DNA from: a virus
Taxonomy: Duplodnaviria > Heunggongvirae > Uroviricota > Caudoviricetes
Length of the DNA: 64,000 bases
Virus record (IMG/VR): IMGVR_UViG_3300031088_000793
Strand: one strand, 5' to 3'
Each line of letters opens with the position of its first letter. The stretch's first letter is position 1. This document shows positions 28,371 to 38,228 of this stretch, piece after piece. Position numbers and translations under genes: made by a program. The notes under the pieces are model-generated. The model had not been told where the DNA came from, searched no databases, and saw only the letters and a program-made list of their open reading frames with translations.

Positions 28371-28471
28371 GATCTGTCCGTATCTACTCTTGGGTCAGTG
28401 GTTCTATGACACAACGCTACATGGTCCAGCACAGAACCGCAACCGTCGAGAGCTCAGAGAGCCGGAGCTGC

Positions 28472-29299
28472 CTACTGAGCGGAGAGCCGCCGGAGGATCT
28501 TGATGTCCGAGGGGAAGTTGGTGCCGGGAGTCTCCAGGATCAGCGGCACGCCAGACTTCAGCAGCTGTCCCCAGAGCTCCTCGGCGCAGTGGCCGTAGCC
28601 CAGGTTGGCGTGGCGATCCCGATGGGAGCCTCGCTCGAAGGCTGAGTCGTTGGAGTGGAAGAGCTCTAGCCGCTCTCGGAGCCCGAGCTTCTCCACCGTG
28701 CTGAGGAGCTCGTCGCCTCCTGTTGCCGTGTCCAGGGACTCTCCGGCTGCGAGGAGGTGGGCCGTGTCGAGGCAGAGTCCGAGGAGTGGATGATCGTCGA
28801 GCGCGGCGAGGTAGTCGGGGATCGAGTCCAGGGTGGCCACGAGGCTGTTGCCCTGGCCAGCCGTGGGCTCAAGGAGTACCTTTGGACCGTCTGCTGGCAG
28901 CTCTTCGAGCACGGGGAGGAGACTCTCTCGGAGTCGCTTCAGTCCCTCTTCGAGGCTGGCTCCCGTGCTGGAACCTCCGTGGAAGATCACGCCTCGAGCG
29001 CCGATCCGAGCAGCTCGCTCCATGTTCCGGCGAAGCATCTGCTGAGAGCCTTCCCGGACTCCATCCTTGGCTGAGCCGAAGTTCATCAGGTAGGGGCCGT
29101 GGATGAAGAGCTGAACTCCGAGGCTCTCTACAGCATGAGCTGTGAGCTCGTCGAACTCCTCTGTGCCCGTCGGCATCTTGCTCGTGGTGGGACCGTGGAG
29201 GAAGATCTGCATGGCTCCGAAGCCGTAGTGGGCTGCGATGGCGACCGCGGGTCGAAGATCCTTGCCGCCTGAGAGGTGGGCACCGAAGACTGAGGTCAT
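28472..29299 (-). CDS. nfo: endonuclease IV (AP endonuclease family 2)
   Basis: GAH, HGPYLMN, FHGG, LEPTAGQG, CLDTAH, HSND, DRHANLG, ILETP. Confidence 0.9.
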   Translation of the reverse strand: MTSVFGAHLSGGKDLRPAVAIAAHYGFGAMQIFLHGPTTSKMPTGTEEFDELTAHAVESLGVQLFIHGPYLMNFGSAKDGVREGSQQMLRRNMERAARIGARGVIFHGGSSTGASLEEGLKRLRESLLPVLEELPADGPKVLLEPTAGQGNSLVATLDSIPDYLAALDDHPLLGLCLDTAHLLAAGESLDTATGGDELLSTVEKLGLRERLELFHSNDSAFERGSHRDRHANLGYGHCAEELWGQLLKSGVPLILETPGTNFPSDIKILRRLSAQ

Positions 29300-29309
29300 A
29301 AATGCTCTA

Positions 29310-29561
29310 TCACTCCCAGGGATAGATGAACTCCATCTGATCCACACGGAAAACTCCCGGCTGAGCTCGCAGCTCCACGAGGAAGGGCTCGAGATCGTTC
29401 TCGATCATCCCAGGAGAGCCGTCCTCTGCCCGCTCTGCGCATTCCCTCAGAAAGTCGTGGATGGCCCCCTCCTCAGACTCCTCGAGCTCGATGTGAAGAT
29501 GCACCGTGTAGTGCATGTCGAGGCCCGGTTCCTCAGTGAGGCTGGTGTAGATATGCTTCAT
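29310..29561 (-). CDS. small hypothetical protein
   Basis: ORF in operon-like run. Confidence 0.6.
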   Translation of the reverse strand: MKHIYTSLTEEPGLDMHYTVHLHIELEESEEGAIHDFLRECAERAEDGSPGMIENDLEPFLVELRAQPGVFRVDQMEFIYPWE

Positions 29562-29595
29562 GGTTCTTCTCTTTTCGTCTTTGGTCTTCCAGGAT

Positions 29596-29841
29596 CTAGC
29601 CTTCGGGTGGAGCCTGCAGCCCCTGGCTCCGAGCGAGGTCGATGACCTCCTGCACGCCTACAGCAGCTGCCTTCAGCTTCTCGTCGAGGTACTTGAGCTC
29701 GACTGCCGCAGCGAGGAGAGCCTGGAGGAGACCGTCCCGGTCGTCGCCGTCGATGAGACCCTCGGGTCCCACTGGGATCACCTGGCCACTGTCGGCGAGG
29801 ATCACTCCGTAGCTCCCGTTGATCTGGAAAGCGCTACTCAT
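29596..29841 (-). CDS. small hypothetical protein
   Basis: start MSSAFQ overlapping the upstream stop. Confidence 0.6.
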   Translation of the reverse strand: MSSAFQINGSYGVILADSGQVIPVGPEGLIDGDDRDGLLQALLAAAVELKYLDEKLKAAAVGVQEVIDLARSQGLQAPPEG

Positions 29842-30766
29842 CTTGGTCTCCCCAGAGATCGATGGGCTCATAGGGCCCAGCCGATGCTGCTCCGGTGCCC
29901 TCCAGTGGATCCGGTTCAGGGTCGGCGAAGCGCGACATCCGCGCCCCGATCTCCTCTAGGCTCGGCGAATCGAGGCTGAGAACGCCGGGAGACTCGTCGA
30001 TGGGACCCCTCACCTTGAGCGCTCGAACCCAGGCCCTGAAGCCCACCACTTCGCGACCAGCCGCCACCTCTCCTCGCCAGCGCTCGAAGAGAGCCTCCTC
30101 AGCATCGTTGCCAGCTGTCATGTGGTCGGGGAGATGGTCCTCGAAGTCTGTGAGGAGCCCGTTGAGCTCAGTGAGGCTCTGGCCATCTGCTGCGAGGACC
30201 GAGTAGGGCTGAGTCTCCTCCACGATGATCTCGCCGAGGTGGACACGCCAGGCTGTCTCCAGGTCGTCTCCAAAGCTGTGGACATCGAAGAACCGCGAGT
30301 TGGGACCGGCGGACTCCCGGAGCTGATCCTCAGTGACGATCTTGCAGATCCCTGACTCCTTCACGATAATCTCAGTCTTGGGAAACTCCTCGAGGAACCA
30401 TTCTCGCAGATCGTGGAGGGGTCCAGTGTACTTCCATGCCTGGTGCTTGCTGTCGGCTACGAAGTCGTCTCCGCTGATTTCGAAGAGCTCAGCAACGCCC
30501 GGAATGAGCTCCCCATCCTGAGGGGAATCAACACCGCTGTTCAGGTTGCCGCGAGCATCGAAGCTGAGCTCTGTCCACATGTCGTAGACCAGCTCTCTGC
30601 CATCCAGGAATCTCACCACAAGCTCGATGGGCATATCCCGGGCTAAGTAGCGATGGACATTGGGAGCCAACAGAAGCAGGTCGGCAAGCCTGGAGCTGAC
30701 CTTGACCTGTCTATCGCCCAGAGGAGACCAGATCTCATCGCCTACGATGAAGGATCGAGGGTCCAT
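29834..30766 (-). CDS. hypothetical protein
   Basis: 310 aa ORF. Confidence 0.7.
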   Translation of the reverse strand: MDPRSFIVGDEIWSPLGDRQVKVSSRLADLLLLAPNVHRYLARDMPIELVVRFLDGRELVYDMWTELSFDARGNLNSGVDSPQDGELIPGVAELFEISGDDFVADSKHQAWKYTGPLHDLREWFLEEFPKTEIIVKESGICKIVTEDQLRESAGPNSRFFDVHSFGDDLETAWRVHLGEIIVEETQPYSVLAADGQSLTELNGLLTDFEDHLPDHMTAGNDAEEALFERWRGEVAAGREVVGFRAWVRALKVRGPIDESPGVLSLDSPSLEEIGARMSRFADPEPDPLEGTGAASAGPYEPIDLWGDQDE

Positions 30767-30768
30767 GG

Positions 30769-31071
30769 CTAGCCAGCCGTCGGAGCCGTCGAGACCGAGA
30801 CGAGGTTGCCGCCGGGGCCGAAGCTCAGGGTGCTGCCCTCGCCAGCGAGGATGAAGTTCCTAGTGCCGTCGATGAGCTCGATGGCGAAGCCCTGGGGCAT
30901 GTCGCCGAAGCCGTTGGAGATCAGGTAGGCGTCCTTCACATTGGGCGCGTCGATGAGGAGGTACTCGACCTCCACGATGGCGCTCTCGAAGTCGCTGGCC
31001 GAACTTCCGGGCTCGTTCCAGTCGTTCTTCAGCTCGATGGTCTTGAGCTCAGCGGTGGCGATGGTAGCCAT
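30769..31071 (-). CDS. hypothetical protein
   Basis: AGGA SD, GC3 bias, upstream GTTGCG promoter. Confidence 0.7.
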   Translation of the reverse strand: MATIATAELKTIELKNDWNEPGSSASDFESAIVEVEYLLIDAPNVKDAYLISNGFGDMPQGFAIELIDGTRNFILAGEGSTLSFGPGGNLVSVSTAPTAG

Positions 31072-31345
31072 GGGTTCGGTCCTGTCTTCGGGAAGTCTCT
31101 GGATGCAGTTAGATCCACCTTACATCGAAGATACCCTCGCCGCAACTACCTCCTAGGACGGCCATGTTTCCCTAGGAAGAGGGCGGTCCAGAGTCGTCAA
31201 CCGCAAAGCGCCATTCCCGAGGAAGTACCGGAGCGCGGTGCGAAGTGACAGCCTAGAGGGACACTCTAGCAATGGCTCTAGGCTGCGCGCTCAGACTGCG
31301 ATTGCTGGCAGCTGAGACGGTGCTAAAAGTGCCGCTTCCGATGGC

Positions 31346-31873
31346 TCAGAGGCCGATCCTCACCGACCCCAGGATCTCGCTGCTGAGGAAGCGGCCCTTG
31401 CGGCTGAGCTGAGAGTCCGTGAGGGTCAGCGAGTCCAGGGAGCGTCCCTTGAGCTGCCAGGTGAGCTCAGCCCGGGAGAGGCTCTGCAGCGGACCCAGCA
31501 AGCTGATGTGGGGCCTGAAGTCGAGGCTCTCGTGGCGGGGCTGGCGGATCTCAAAGCCGAGCTCCAGAGCCGAGGCCTTCAGTGAGCTGTGGAGCTCGCC
31601 GAGGGCTCCCTCGGAGTCCTTCAGGGTGAAGACCCTGCAGCGGCCAGAGGCGCCGAAATGCTCGATGGAGCGGCCCTTGAGCGGCGGCGCTTCGAGCTGA
31701 AGCGCCTGGAGCGGAGCGAGGAGAGCGGAGAATCCGACTGAGTGAGGATCAGCGATGTGGCCGAGGAGAGTGAGGTGCGCTGCCTGAGGGCCCTCGGCAG
31801 TCTCCAGCTCGAAGAAGTGGATGAGGAAGCCCCGGTGGATCGACTTTGAGATCGAGGGGTTGGCGGTGTCCAT
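31346..31873 (-). CDS. 2H phosphoesterase (2'-5' RNA ligase family)
   Basis: two Hx(T/S) motifs: AHLTL and PHISL. Confidence 0.75.
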   Translation of the reverse strand: MDTANPSISKSIHRGFLIHFFELETAEGPQAAHLTLLGHIADPHSVGFSALLAPLQALQLEAPPLKGRSIEHFGASGRCRVFTLKDSEGALGELHSSLKASALELGFEIRQPRHESLDFRPHISLLGPLQSLSRAELTWQLKGRSLDSLTLTDSQLSRKGRFLSSEILGSVRIGL

Positions 31874-31894
31874 GGGGCCAACGGTATACTGCCT

Positions 31895-32134
31895 TCAGTC
31901 TCCTGTCAACAGTGCTACGAGCAGCTGAGTCGATGTGCTCTGAGCTTCGGCATCCTTCGCCTCGGATTTCTTAGCTTCGGCTCTCTTCAGCATGGCGTTC
32001 TCTACCTCAGTGATCCGAGAGAGGGCACGCAGGGCGGCGTCGGTCTCACTCTTGGCTCCAGCCGTGGAGAAGATCAGCATGGCGAAGCCCAAGCTGCCGA
32101 GGAAGCTAAGGAGGGGAATGAGGAGGGGATCCAT
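31895..32134 (-). CDS. small membrane protein
   Basis: N-terminal TM segment. Confidence 0.5.
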   Translation of the reverse strand: MDPLLIPLLSFLGSLGFAMLIFSTAGAKSETDAALRALSRITEVENAMLKRAEAKKSEAKDAEAQSTSTQLLVALLTGD

Positions 32135-32191
32135 TGCTAACTGCTTTCTATGGCTGTTCGAACGATGCGGGCAGTAGTCTAGTTCTGAGGG

Positions 32192-32914
32192 CTACTGACT
32201 GGGGACGAGGCCGTCGAAGGTCTCTGAGACTTCGACATCCTTCGCCTCCTCTGAGCGAGCGAGGTTTCTCAGCCAGCGCTGGATCACGAAGAGCTTCCGG
32301 CCCGGAACGAGCTTGAGGAAAGGGCCCATACCAGCGTAGTGGGGCCGGCAGAGCTTGACGGGCTTCTTGCGGCCCATGATGAAGAGGAACTCGACCTCGT
32401 TGGTGCAGTAGCTGTCACCGACACCTACGCAGAGGCTGTCTCCAGGAGCTACCTGGAGCACTCGCTGTCCCGTCGAGACGAAGCCCTCCTCGTACTCAGT
32501 GACATCTCCGTAGTGGAGGACCTCGAGGATAACCGCGCCGCGAAGGTGGTAGCCCTCGTCCCGACTGTGGCGCTGGAGGAGCTCGATGGACTTGTAGCTG
32601 TGGAAGCCCATGGCGCTGTCGGATACCTGGCTGTCGAGCCAGTAGGTCTTACCCCGGGAAAGGCCGATGAACCTACCGCTTCGGCTCAGATTGGCGTACT
32701 TGTAGCCGATGGGCTCCAGGGGCTTCTGAGGCTTCTGAGGGCTCTTGGCGCTGGGCTCCGCGCTGTGGCTATCCCCGCTGCGGATGGTCAGCAAGATCAT
32801 GGCCGTGACGCTCACGGCCACAGCCAACAGGCCGATGGCTACGAGCACGCTGTTGGCTGCGGCCCAGCTGAGGACGAGCTCTACCGGATCGCTGGCGCTG
32901 GCAAGGGGGATCAT
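32192..32914 (-). CDS. membrane-anchored hypothetical protein
   Basis: N-terminal TM; GFHSY and EV...G.V.EYE.GF motifs. Confidence 0.65.
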   Translation of the reverse strand: MIPLASASDPVELVLSWAAANSVLVAIGLLAVAVSVTAMILLTIRSGDSHSAEPSAKSPQKPQKPLEPIGYKYANLSRSGRFIGLSRGKTYWLDSQVSDSAMGFHSYKSIELLQRHSRDEGYHLRGAVILEVLHYGDVTEYEEGFVSTGQRVLQVAPGDSLCVGVGDSYCTNEVEFLFIMGRKKPVKLCRPHYAGMGPFLKLVPGRKLFVIQRWLRNLARSEEAKDVEVSETFDGLVPSQ

Positions 32915-32924
32915 CGGATTGAGC

Positions 32925-33278
32925 TCAGCTTTCCTGGGCCCTGGGGCCGTAGGCCTCGTCGAGGATGGAATCCATGGTCTCGTAGAAGGCGGTCATGTCC
33001 ACCTTGACTCCGGTGCCCTCGATCCAGCGGTGGCCGTCCTCCGTGGAGTAGACTCGAAGCGGGTGGATGTAGACCTCCTCGTAGATCTCCCCGTCGTCAT
33101 CGATGAAGTTGTCGCTCCTGAAGGGGATCTCCTCTGCGATGAGGTCGTCTTCGAGGTACATCCGCTTACTCTCGGCCCAGAGCTCCCGGAAGGTCACCTC
33201 AGAGATGGACAGCTCTCGGAGCCCCTTGACCGCGAGTGCCACGATCTCGGGGGATGCGTTGATGTAGATGGTCTTCAT
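32925..33278 (-). CDS. hypothetical protein, MKTIY paralog
   Basis: similar to 33356-33691 (D.DG..YE.V, I.GT). Confidence 0.7.
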   Translation of the reverse strand: MKTIYINASPEIVALAVKGLRELSISEVTFRELWAESKRMYLEDDLIAEEIPFRSDNFIDDDGEIYEEVYIHPLRVYSTEDGHRWIEGTGVKVDMTAFYETMDSILDEAYGPRAQES

Positions 33279-33355
33279 GGTCAGTTCCGATCTCAGATGT
33301 AGAGCTTAGTCGATTCGATGCTACGCGGGAAGCATCTTGCTGTCAACTGGCGACA

Positions 33356-33691
33356 TCAGCTCCAGCGAAAGGCCTCATCAGCGAGCTCGAGGAGCTCTCG
33401 AGCGTAGTGGCTGTAGTTGAGCCTGAAGTCGGTGCCAGAGATGTAGGTCTCTCCGTCGATCTTGTAGCTGCTCAGGATCTGGAAGGTCACAGTCTCATAG
33501 CTAATGCCATCTTCGTCCGAGAGATACGGCCCTCCGAAGATCCTACCGATGGGATTCTGCTTCAGGAGCTGGTCAGTGATGAGGGTGATGGATTCGAGGA
33601 TTTTGTCCCGGTTGGAGCTCAAATTGAGATACCCAGCTCTGAGCTCGTCCATGGCCTGAGCGTTGGCGGTGTCAAGGTAGATGGTCTTCAT
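33356..33691 (-). CDS. hypothetical protein, MKTIY paralog
   Basis: similar to 32925-33278. Confidence 0.7.
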   Translation of the reverse strand: MKTIYLDTANAQAMDELRAGYLNLSSNRDKILESITLITDQLLKQNPIGRIFGGPYLSDEDGISYETVTFQILSSYKIDGETYISGTDFRLNYSHYARELLELADEAFRWS

Positions 33692-33745
33692 GAGATGCTT
33701 CTTTCTTTGGGATGTGCTGCTGTGTGGCAGAAGACTACTGAATGC

Positions 33746-34144
33746 TCAGCGCTCGATGCCGTTGATGTTGCAGGAGATCTGGTCAGCGTTGCCACTCCAG
33801 TCCCGGGCGAGACAGACAGTGGTGCCTCCCTCGAGCTCGAGGAAGACCAGAGTCCAGTCATTCCTGAACTCCTCCTTGAGCTCAAGGTTGACCTTCGGCG
33901 CCTGGCTCCAGTCGCAGATCACTGCGGTGGCGTAGGCATCGGCGTCGGACTCGAAGCAGTTCATCTCTTCGCCGCTCTGGAAGCCGATCACTGTCCGGCT
34001 GTCGAAGAGCTCGCCTCCATAGAGCGGCTTCGTCTCTGTTCCAGCGGGCTCACTGGAGCCACTGCAGGCAGCGAGGGTCAGAGTGAGTGCTCCGACGACG
34101 GCCAGAGTTGAGCTTATCCGGCCGAGCCTCCGTAGGCCGCTCAC
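33746..34144 (-). CDS. lipoprotein with two Cys-pair repeats
   Basis: LAAC lipobox; similar Cys pattern to 63687-64000. Confidence 0.7.
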   Translation of the reverse strand: MSGLRRLGRISSTLAVVGALTLTLAACSGSSEPAGTETKPLYGGELFDSRTVIGFQSGEEMNCFESDADAYATAVICDWSQAPKVNLELKEEFRNDWTLVFLELEGGTTVCLARDWSGNADQISCNINGIER

Positions 34145-34527
34145 AGCGCGCCTCCCCGGTGCTCGCGCAGTCGTTCGATGGCTCGCTGAGCGTTCTCTAG
34201 CTGCCAGCTGCTGGGCTCACAGGGACCGTAGAACTCCTCGACGAGGATACGAGCCTCGGCACCGATGTTCTGGGGACCGAGAACTCGAGTCGCTCCAGCG
34301 ATGTAGGCCGCCTCGACCTCCTCAACCGCCCGGGGCGAAGGCTGCAGCCCTCTCAGCACCAGGTTCACATAGCGCCGAGCCTCGACTCGAAGGCCGTCGA
34401 GATCCCTGCCGGCAGCTGCTCGATGGGCTCGCCGAGCCTCGGCTTTGGCGATGACGGACTGAGCGTGGGTCACTGTGGCATCGGTGTCCCTGCCGAGGTC
34501 ATCGTTTGAGCGGTGTCTTGAGCTCAT
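34141..34527 (-). CDS. hypothetical protein
   Basis: translationally coupled ORF. Confidence 0.6.
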   Translation of the reverse strand: MSSRHRSNDDLGRDTDATVTHAQSVIAKAEARRAHRAAAGRDLDGLRVEARRYVNLVLRGLQPSPRAVEEVEAAYIAGATRVLGPQNIGAEARILVEEFYGPCEPSSWQLENAQRAIERLREHRGGAL

Positions 34528-35195
34528 TAGTACAGTTCCTCACTGGTGATCTCTGAGATCTTGTCGGTGGTCGAGTCGTAGCTGTAGGAGGTGCCGGGAT
34601 TGTCACCGTCCACGGTGAAGTCGATGGTGTAGTGCGCCACCGTGCCGCTGATCTCATAGCTGTGGCCCTCAGCGCCGAAGACCGGCTCTTCCTTCAGCGC
34701 GTTGCCCGTGGCGGGATCTTCGTAGACAATGACTCGCTCTTGATCCTCTGAAGCTGTACCGTCGAAGGTTGCCTCCACAACCGTAGAGCTAGGGAGCCCC
34801 TCGGCGGCTTCGTCTAAGATCCCTGAGATAACCGTAGTGTAGGTGCGAGAGTCGACGGCAGTGAGGATGTCATCCTGCTGAGCCTCCATGAGGCTGCCCA
34901 TTAGGAAAACGGACCCGATGCCCGCTCCGATTGCTCCGACTATTGCCAAGGCTGTAAACCCGTTCAGCAGGAGCTCCTTAGAGACTAGGCTTCTGCTCTC
35001 GGCCTCCTCGGTGGGATCGCTGAGCTTCTCACGCTCAGCCAGTTCGCTGGACTTCTTCTTCAGCTCTAGATTACTGCCTGCAGACTGAGCATCAGCTACA
35101 TCCTCGTCGAAGCTGTCGACCTCTGGAGCCTCCGTGACCTCGGGCTCAGGCTCCTTGAAGAGAGTGCTGCGCCTTTCCTCATCGAAGTCGATCAT
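34527..35195 (-). CDS. single-TM pilin-like paralog 4
   Basis: GLP, DP.TG, YEISGTV..YTI, YDSTT motifs. Confidence 0.7.
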   Translation of the reverse strand: MIDFDEERRSTLFKEPEPEVTEAPEVDSFDEDVADAQSAGSNLELKKKSSELAEREKLSDPTEEAESRSLVSKELLLNGFTALAIVGAIGAGIGSVFLMGSLMEAQQDDILTAVDSRTYTTVISGILDEAAEGLPSSTVVEATFDGTASEDQERVIVYEDPATGNALKEEPVFGAEGHSYEISGTVAHYTIDFTVDGDNPGTSYSYDSTTDKISEITSEELY

Positions 35196-35689
35196 CGGTT
35201 CTCCTCCGTGACGCTGTCAGTCTTCGAGTCGTAGACGAAGCGGTGCTCCTTGCCGCCTACCTCCACGGTCGAGGTGATGGTGTACCCACCGAGGACGCCG
35301 CTCACCTCGTGGCGGTAGCTGTGGGGAAGATCTCGCTCCACGGTGCCCAGGCTATCCCCCGTCTTCGGATCGATGTAGCTCACGCTCTGGCCGTCCTGGA
35401 GGGAACCCGTGACCACGGTGTCTCGAGGGAGATTCCTGCCGCCCTGGTCCACCTGAGTGGCAACGATCTCGAGCGTGGTCGGCACATGGGCCAGCCTGTT
35501 GGCATTGCCGTTGGCCACGCTGATCCCCACCGAGAGGCCGATGAGAATGAAGAGCACCACCAGGGCCAGGGTCGCCAGCACGATGGTCCTCATGCGCTTC
35601 CCCTTGGCCGGAGCTGCGGGGTCGAGCTTAGCGATGATGGAGCGGGCGTGGGCCACTGTCTCCGGGTAGTCACGCTCTCGTTCAGCCAT
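35192..35689 (-). CDS. single-TM pilin-like paralog 3
   Basis: same motifs. Confidence 0.7.
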   Translation of the reverse strand: MAERERDYPETVAHARSIIAKLDPAAPAKGKRMRTIVLATLALVVLFILIGLSVGISVANGNANRLAHVPTTLEIVATQVDQGGRNLPRDTVVTGSLQDGQSVSYIDPKTGDSLGTVERDLPHSYRHEVSGVLGGYTITSTVEVGGKEHRFVYDSKTDSVTEENR

Positions 35690-35722
35690 GGTGCTATCTC
35701 CTCTGTCTCAGCCAGCCCTAGG

Positions 35723-36379
35723 CTAGTTGAGCTCCTTCTCTGTGGTCTTTCCGGTGGTTGAGTCGTAGGTGAGCTGATGCGTCTTGGAGTCGCGCTCGAA
35801 GCTGAGCTCGATTGAGTAGTCGTCCACCGTGCCACTGACCTCGTAGCTATAGTAGCTGCCCTGAGAATCGATGAGCTCAGAGCGCTGGAGCTGAGAGCTT
35901 TCGGGATCAGTGAAGGAGATTGTGCCGCTGCCCTGGAAAGATCCGAAGAGCTCAGTGTCTCCGGGAAGGCCTTGGGCGGACCGATTCAGGGTCTCGGCTA
36001 CCTGCCCAATAGCGGGCTCGGCTCCGCCAGCGACGGTTCCTTCGGCGACCCCGGGTAGGACAACGATCCCCAAGAAGAGAGCCAGCCCCGTGACAGGGAG
36101 AGCGGTCAGATTGAAGATGGCGATTGGGCTATCGCTCACATCCTTGAGGAAGCGCTTGGCCCTCTCGATGAGCCCAGGGGATTTCTCAATCTCCGCTTCG
36201 GCGGCCTGAAGAGCTGTTGAGCGCTCGACTCTGACGAGCTCGGCATCAGTAGCCTCGGCTGCCTCACTCTTCGCAGTGCTGACACTGCCCTCTGGCCCGG
36301 CGAGCTCGTCCTCAGGCTCGAGGTAGGGCAGAGGGGCGGCCCGTTCAGTGACCAGGGGCTTAGGCTCTATGTACCTCAT
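35723..36379 (-). CDS. single-TM pilin-like paralog 2
   Basis: same motifs. Confidence 0.7.
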   Translation of the reverse strand: MRYIEPKPLVTERAAPLPYLEPEDELAGPEGSVSTAKSEAAEATDAELVRVERSTALQAAEAEIEKSPGLIERAKRFLKDVSDSPIAIFNLTALPVTGLALFLGIVVLPGVAEGTVAGGAEPAIGQVAETLNRSAQGLPGDTELFGSFQGSGTISFTDPESSQLQRSELIDSQGSYYSYEVSGTVDDYSIELSFERDSKTHQLTYDSTTGKTTEKELN

Positions 36380-36384
36380 GGCGC

Positions 36385-36843
36385 TCAGCCCTTCTCTTCC
36401 TTGACGGTCTCGCCGGTGGTGGAGTCGTAGGTGAACTGGGCATCCGAGTCGGTGTAGGTGATGGTGTAGTCACCCACGGTGCCCTTGACCTCGGAGCTGT
36501 ACCTAGAGGAGGCTTCGATGGACCGGGTAGCCTTGAGCACTCCGGTCTCGGGATCGTTGTAGGAGACATCCATCACGCTGTTGTCGTCGAGGACGCCATA
36601 CCTCGCAGAGTAGACGCTCTTCAGCAGAGTGCCCTCGGGAAGCCCCTTCGCTTCTGCATCGACCTGAGAGGCGATGTTCTCGAGGATGGCTGGAGCGTTC
36701 TCCCTGTTGGCACTGTCCATGATCTTGCCGAAGACAATGCTGCCTCCCATGGCGAGTGCAACCATGGCGGAGACCACCATTATGTTCACCATGGCGCCTG
36801 TCCGCCCGGTAGCCTGCCCGCTGTTCTCTGTCGGTGTGCTCAT
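36385..36843 (-). CDS. single-TM pilin-like paralog 1
   Basis: same motifs. Confidence 0.7.
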   Translation of the reverse strand: MSTPTENSGQATGRTGAMVNIMVVSAMVALAMGGSIVFGKIMDSANRENAPAILENIASQVDAEAKGLPEGTLLKSVYSARYGVLDDNSVMDVSYNDPETGVLKATRSIEASSRYSSEVKGTVGDYTITYTDSDAQFTYDSTTGETVKEEKG

Positions 36844-37046
36844 GCCCTCTCGTCTCTCTGCTGTTCTGAGCCCTCGGGGTCAGTCTCGGTGTCGTGCTGT
36901 GCGATGACCTCTAGGATGCGCCCCTTGACGCCTCCCTGGCCAGTCCATGTGACCGCGGGCGTCCTGTCGATGAGCCGGATGAGCTCCCGGAGGGTAGCTA
37001 GATCGGGCTTACCCCGGAACTGAGGCTCCTGCTTGCCGGTGGCCAT
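36840..37046 (-). CDS. small hypothetical protein
   Basis: ATGA overlap with the downstream gene. Confidence 0.55.
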   Translation of the reverse strand: MATGKQEPQFRGKPDLATLRELIRLIDRTPAVTWTGQGGVKGRILEVIAQHDTETDPEGSEQQRDERA

Positions 37047-37131
37047 AGGATAGGTCCGTTTCTATGCTCGAAGTCACTAGTCACTTGTCAGTCGATGCTA
37101 ACACAGCAAGCCGCTAGCCACAACTCTGAGC

Positions 37132-37572
37132 TCAGCGAGCCTCGTCGTCGAGGGGCAGGAGCTCCCGGTCCCCAGCGCTGACGAGGAGGATCTTCCCGCC
37201 GTCCCGGATCAGGGTGATGGTCTCCTCGGAGTAGCCCTTCCCCTCGGGCTCGGTGAGCACGGTGGAGCCGTAGCGCTCGAAGCCATCCTCGAGCTCACCG
37301 ACGGGGTAGTCGAGCTCATCGAGCTGCTCCTTGGTGAGCTCGACGCCGTAGGTCTCCTTGACCTCAGCGAGGATCTGCTTGTCCCAGAGGGCGAGGGGAG
37401 CGATGGCCGAGGCGAAGATCAGCCCGACTCCGACGATGGCGGCCAGGCCCCGGAGGAAGCCGGTGAGCTTCGAGCTGAAGAGCCAGTCCACGATTGCCGC
37501 GACGATCAGCACGAGGCCGATGATCTGCAGGGTGTAGGACAGGGGAGTGTCTGCGATGCGGATGTAGTCCAT
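37132..37572 (-). CDS. two-TM array paralog (MDYI family)
   Basis: YG.ELT...L.YP, FE.YG motifs. Confidence 0.75.
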   Translation of the reverse strand: MDYIRIADTPLSYTLQIIGLVLIVAAIVDWLFSSKLTGFLRGLAAIVGVGLIFASAIAPLALWDKQILAEVKETYGVELTKEQLDELDYPVGELEDGFERYGSTVLTEPEGKGYSEETITLIRDGGKILLVSAGDRELLPLDDEAR

Positions 37573-37602
37573 GGTCTGGTCTCTCTATAGCTGTTCTGTG
37601 GG

Positions 37603-38100
37603 CTAGCTCGGGGGAGTGAGCAGGGGGAGGGGCTGAGGAGTTCCAGCACTGTCTGGAGCTGTGAGCATCATCTGAGCACCGTCCCAGTGGAGAGTGACCT
37701 TCCGGTCCTCCACGCCGGCCTCCGTGGGGAACTGCAGGGTGGCGGTGCCGTAGTCCAGAGGGGTGAGCTCCTCAGGCTCCTCCGAGGGGTAGCTCAGTGC
37801 GACGAATTGGTCCGGAGTGAGCTGAACGCCGTAGCTCTCGGAGATCGAGGCGGTGAGCGTTTCCTTCCAGGGCGTGTAGCCAGCTTCGGGATTCTCCTCG
37901 CTGATCAGCACCACGCTCCCCACCACGGTGAGGAATCCCAGCGCGGCGCCCGTGCTGAAGATCGCCTTCTTCCAGGGGCTGTCCTGTCCCTTGGTCAGGG
38001 CGAGGAGCGCCATGAGTCCTCCCACCAGCGAGCCGAGGGGGAAGAGCCACATGGCCAGCTGAAGCTGCTCTGCGCCGCTCTGGATTGGGATGTAGTCCAT
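37603..38100 (-). CDS. two-TM array paralog
   Basis: start MDYIPIQ at 38100. Confidence 0.75.
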   Translation of the reverse strand: MDYIPIQSGAEQLQLAMWLFPLGSLVGGLMALLALTKGQDSPWKKAIFSTGAALGFLTVVGSVVLISEENPEAGYTPWKETLTASISESYGVQLTPDQFVALSYPSEEPEELTPLDYGTATLQFPTEAGVEDRKVTLHWDGAQMMLTAPDSAGTPQPLPLLTPPS

Positions 38101-38228
38101 GGATCTCTGGGCCGTTCTGCTTACTCTAGCCACTCGAGGTGGCTCCGGTCTCGACCTGTCTGAACGCAGGCTCCAGTCAACTGTACACGGGAATCCCCCG
38201 GATGGTCAACTTCAACCCAGAGCTGCTG

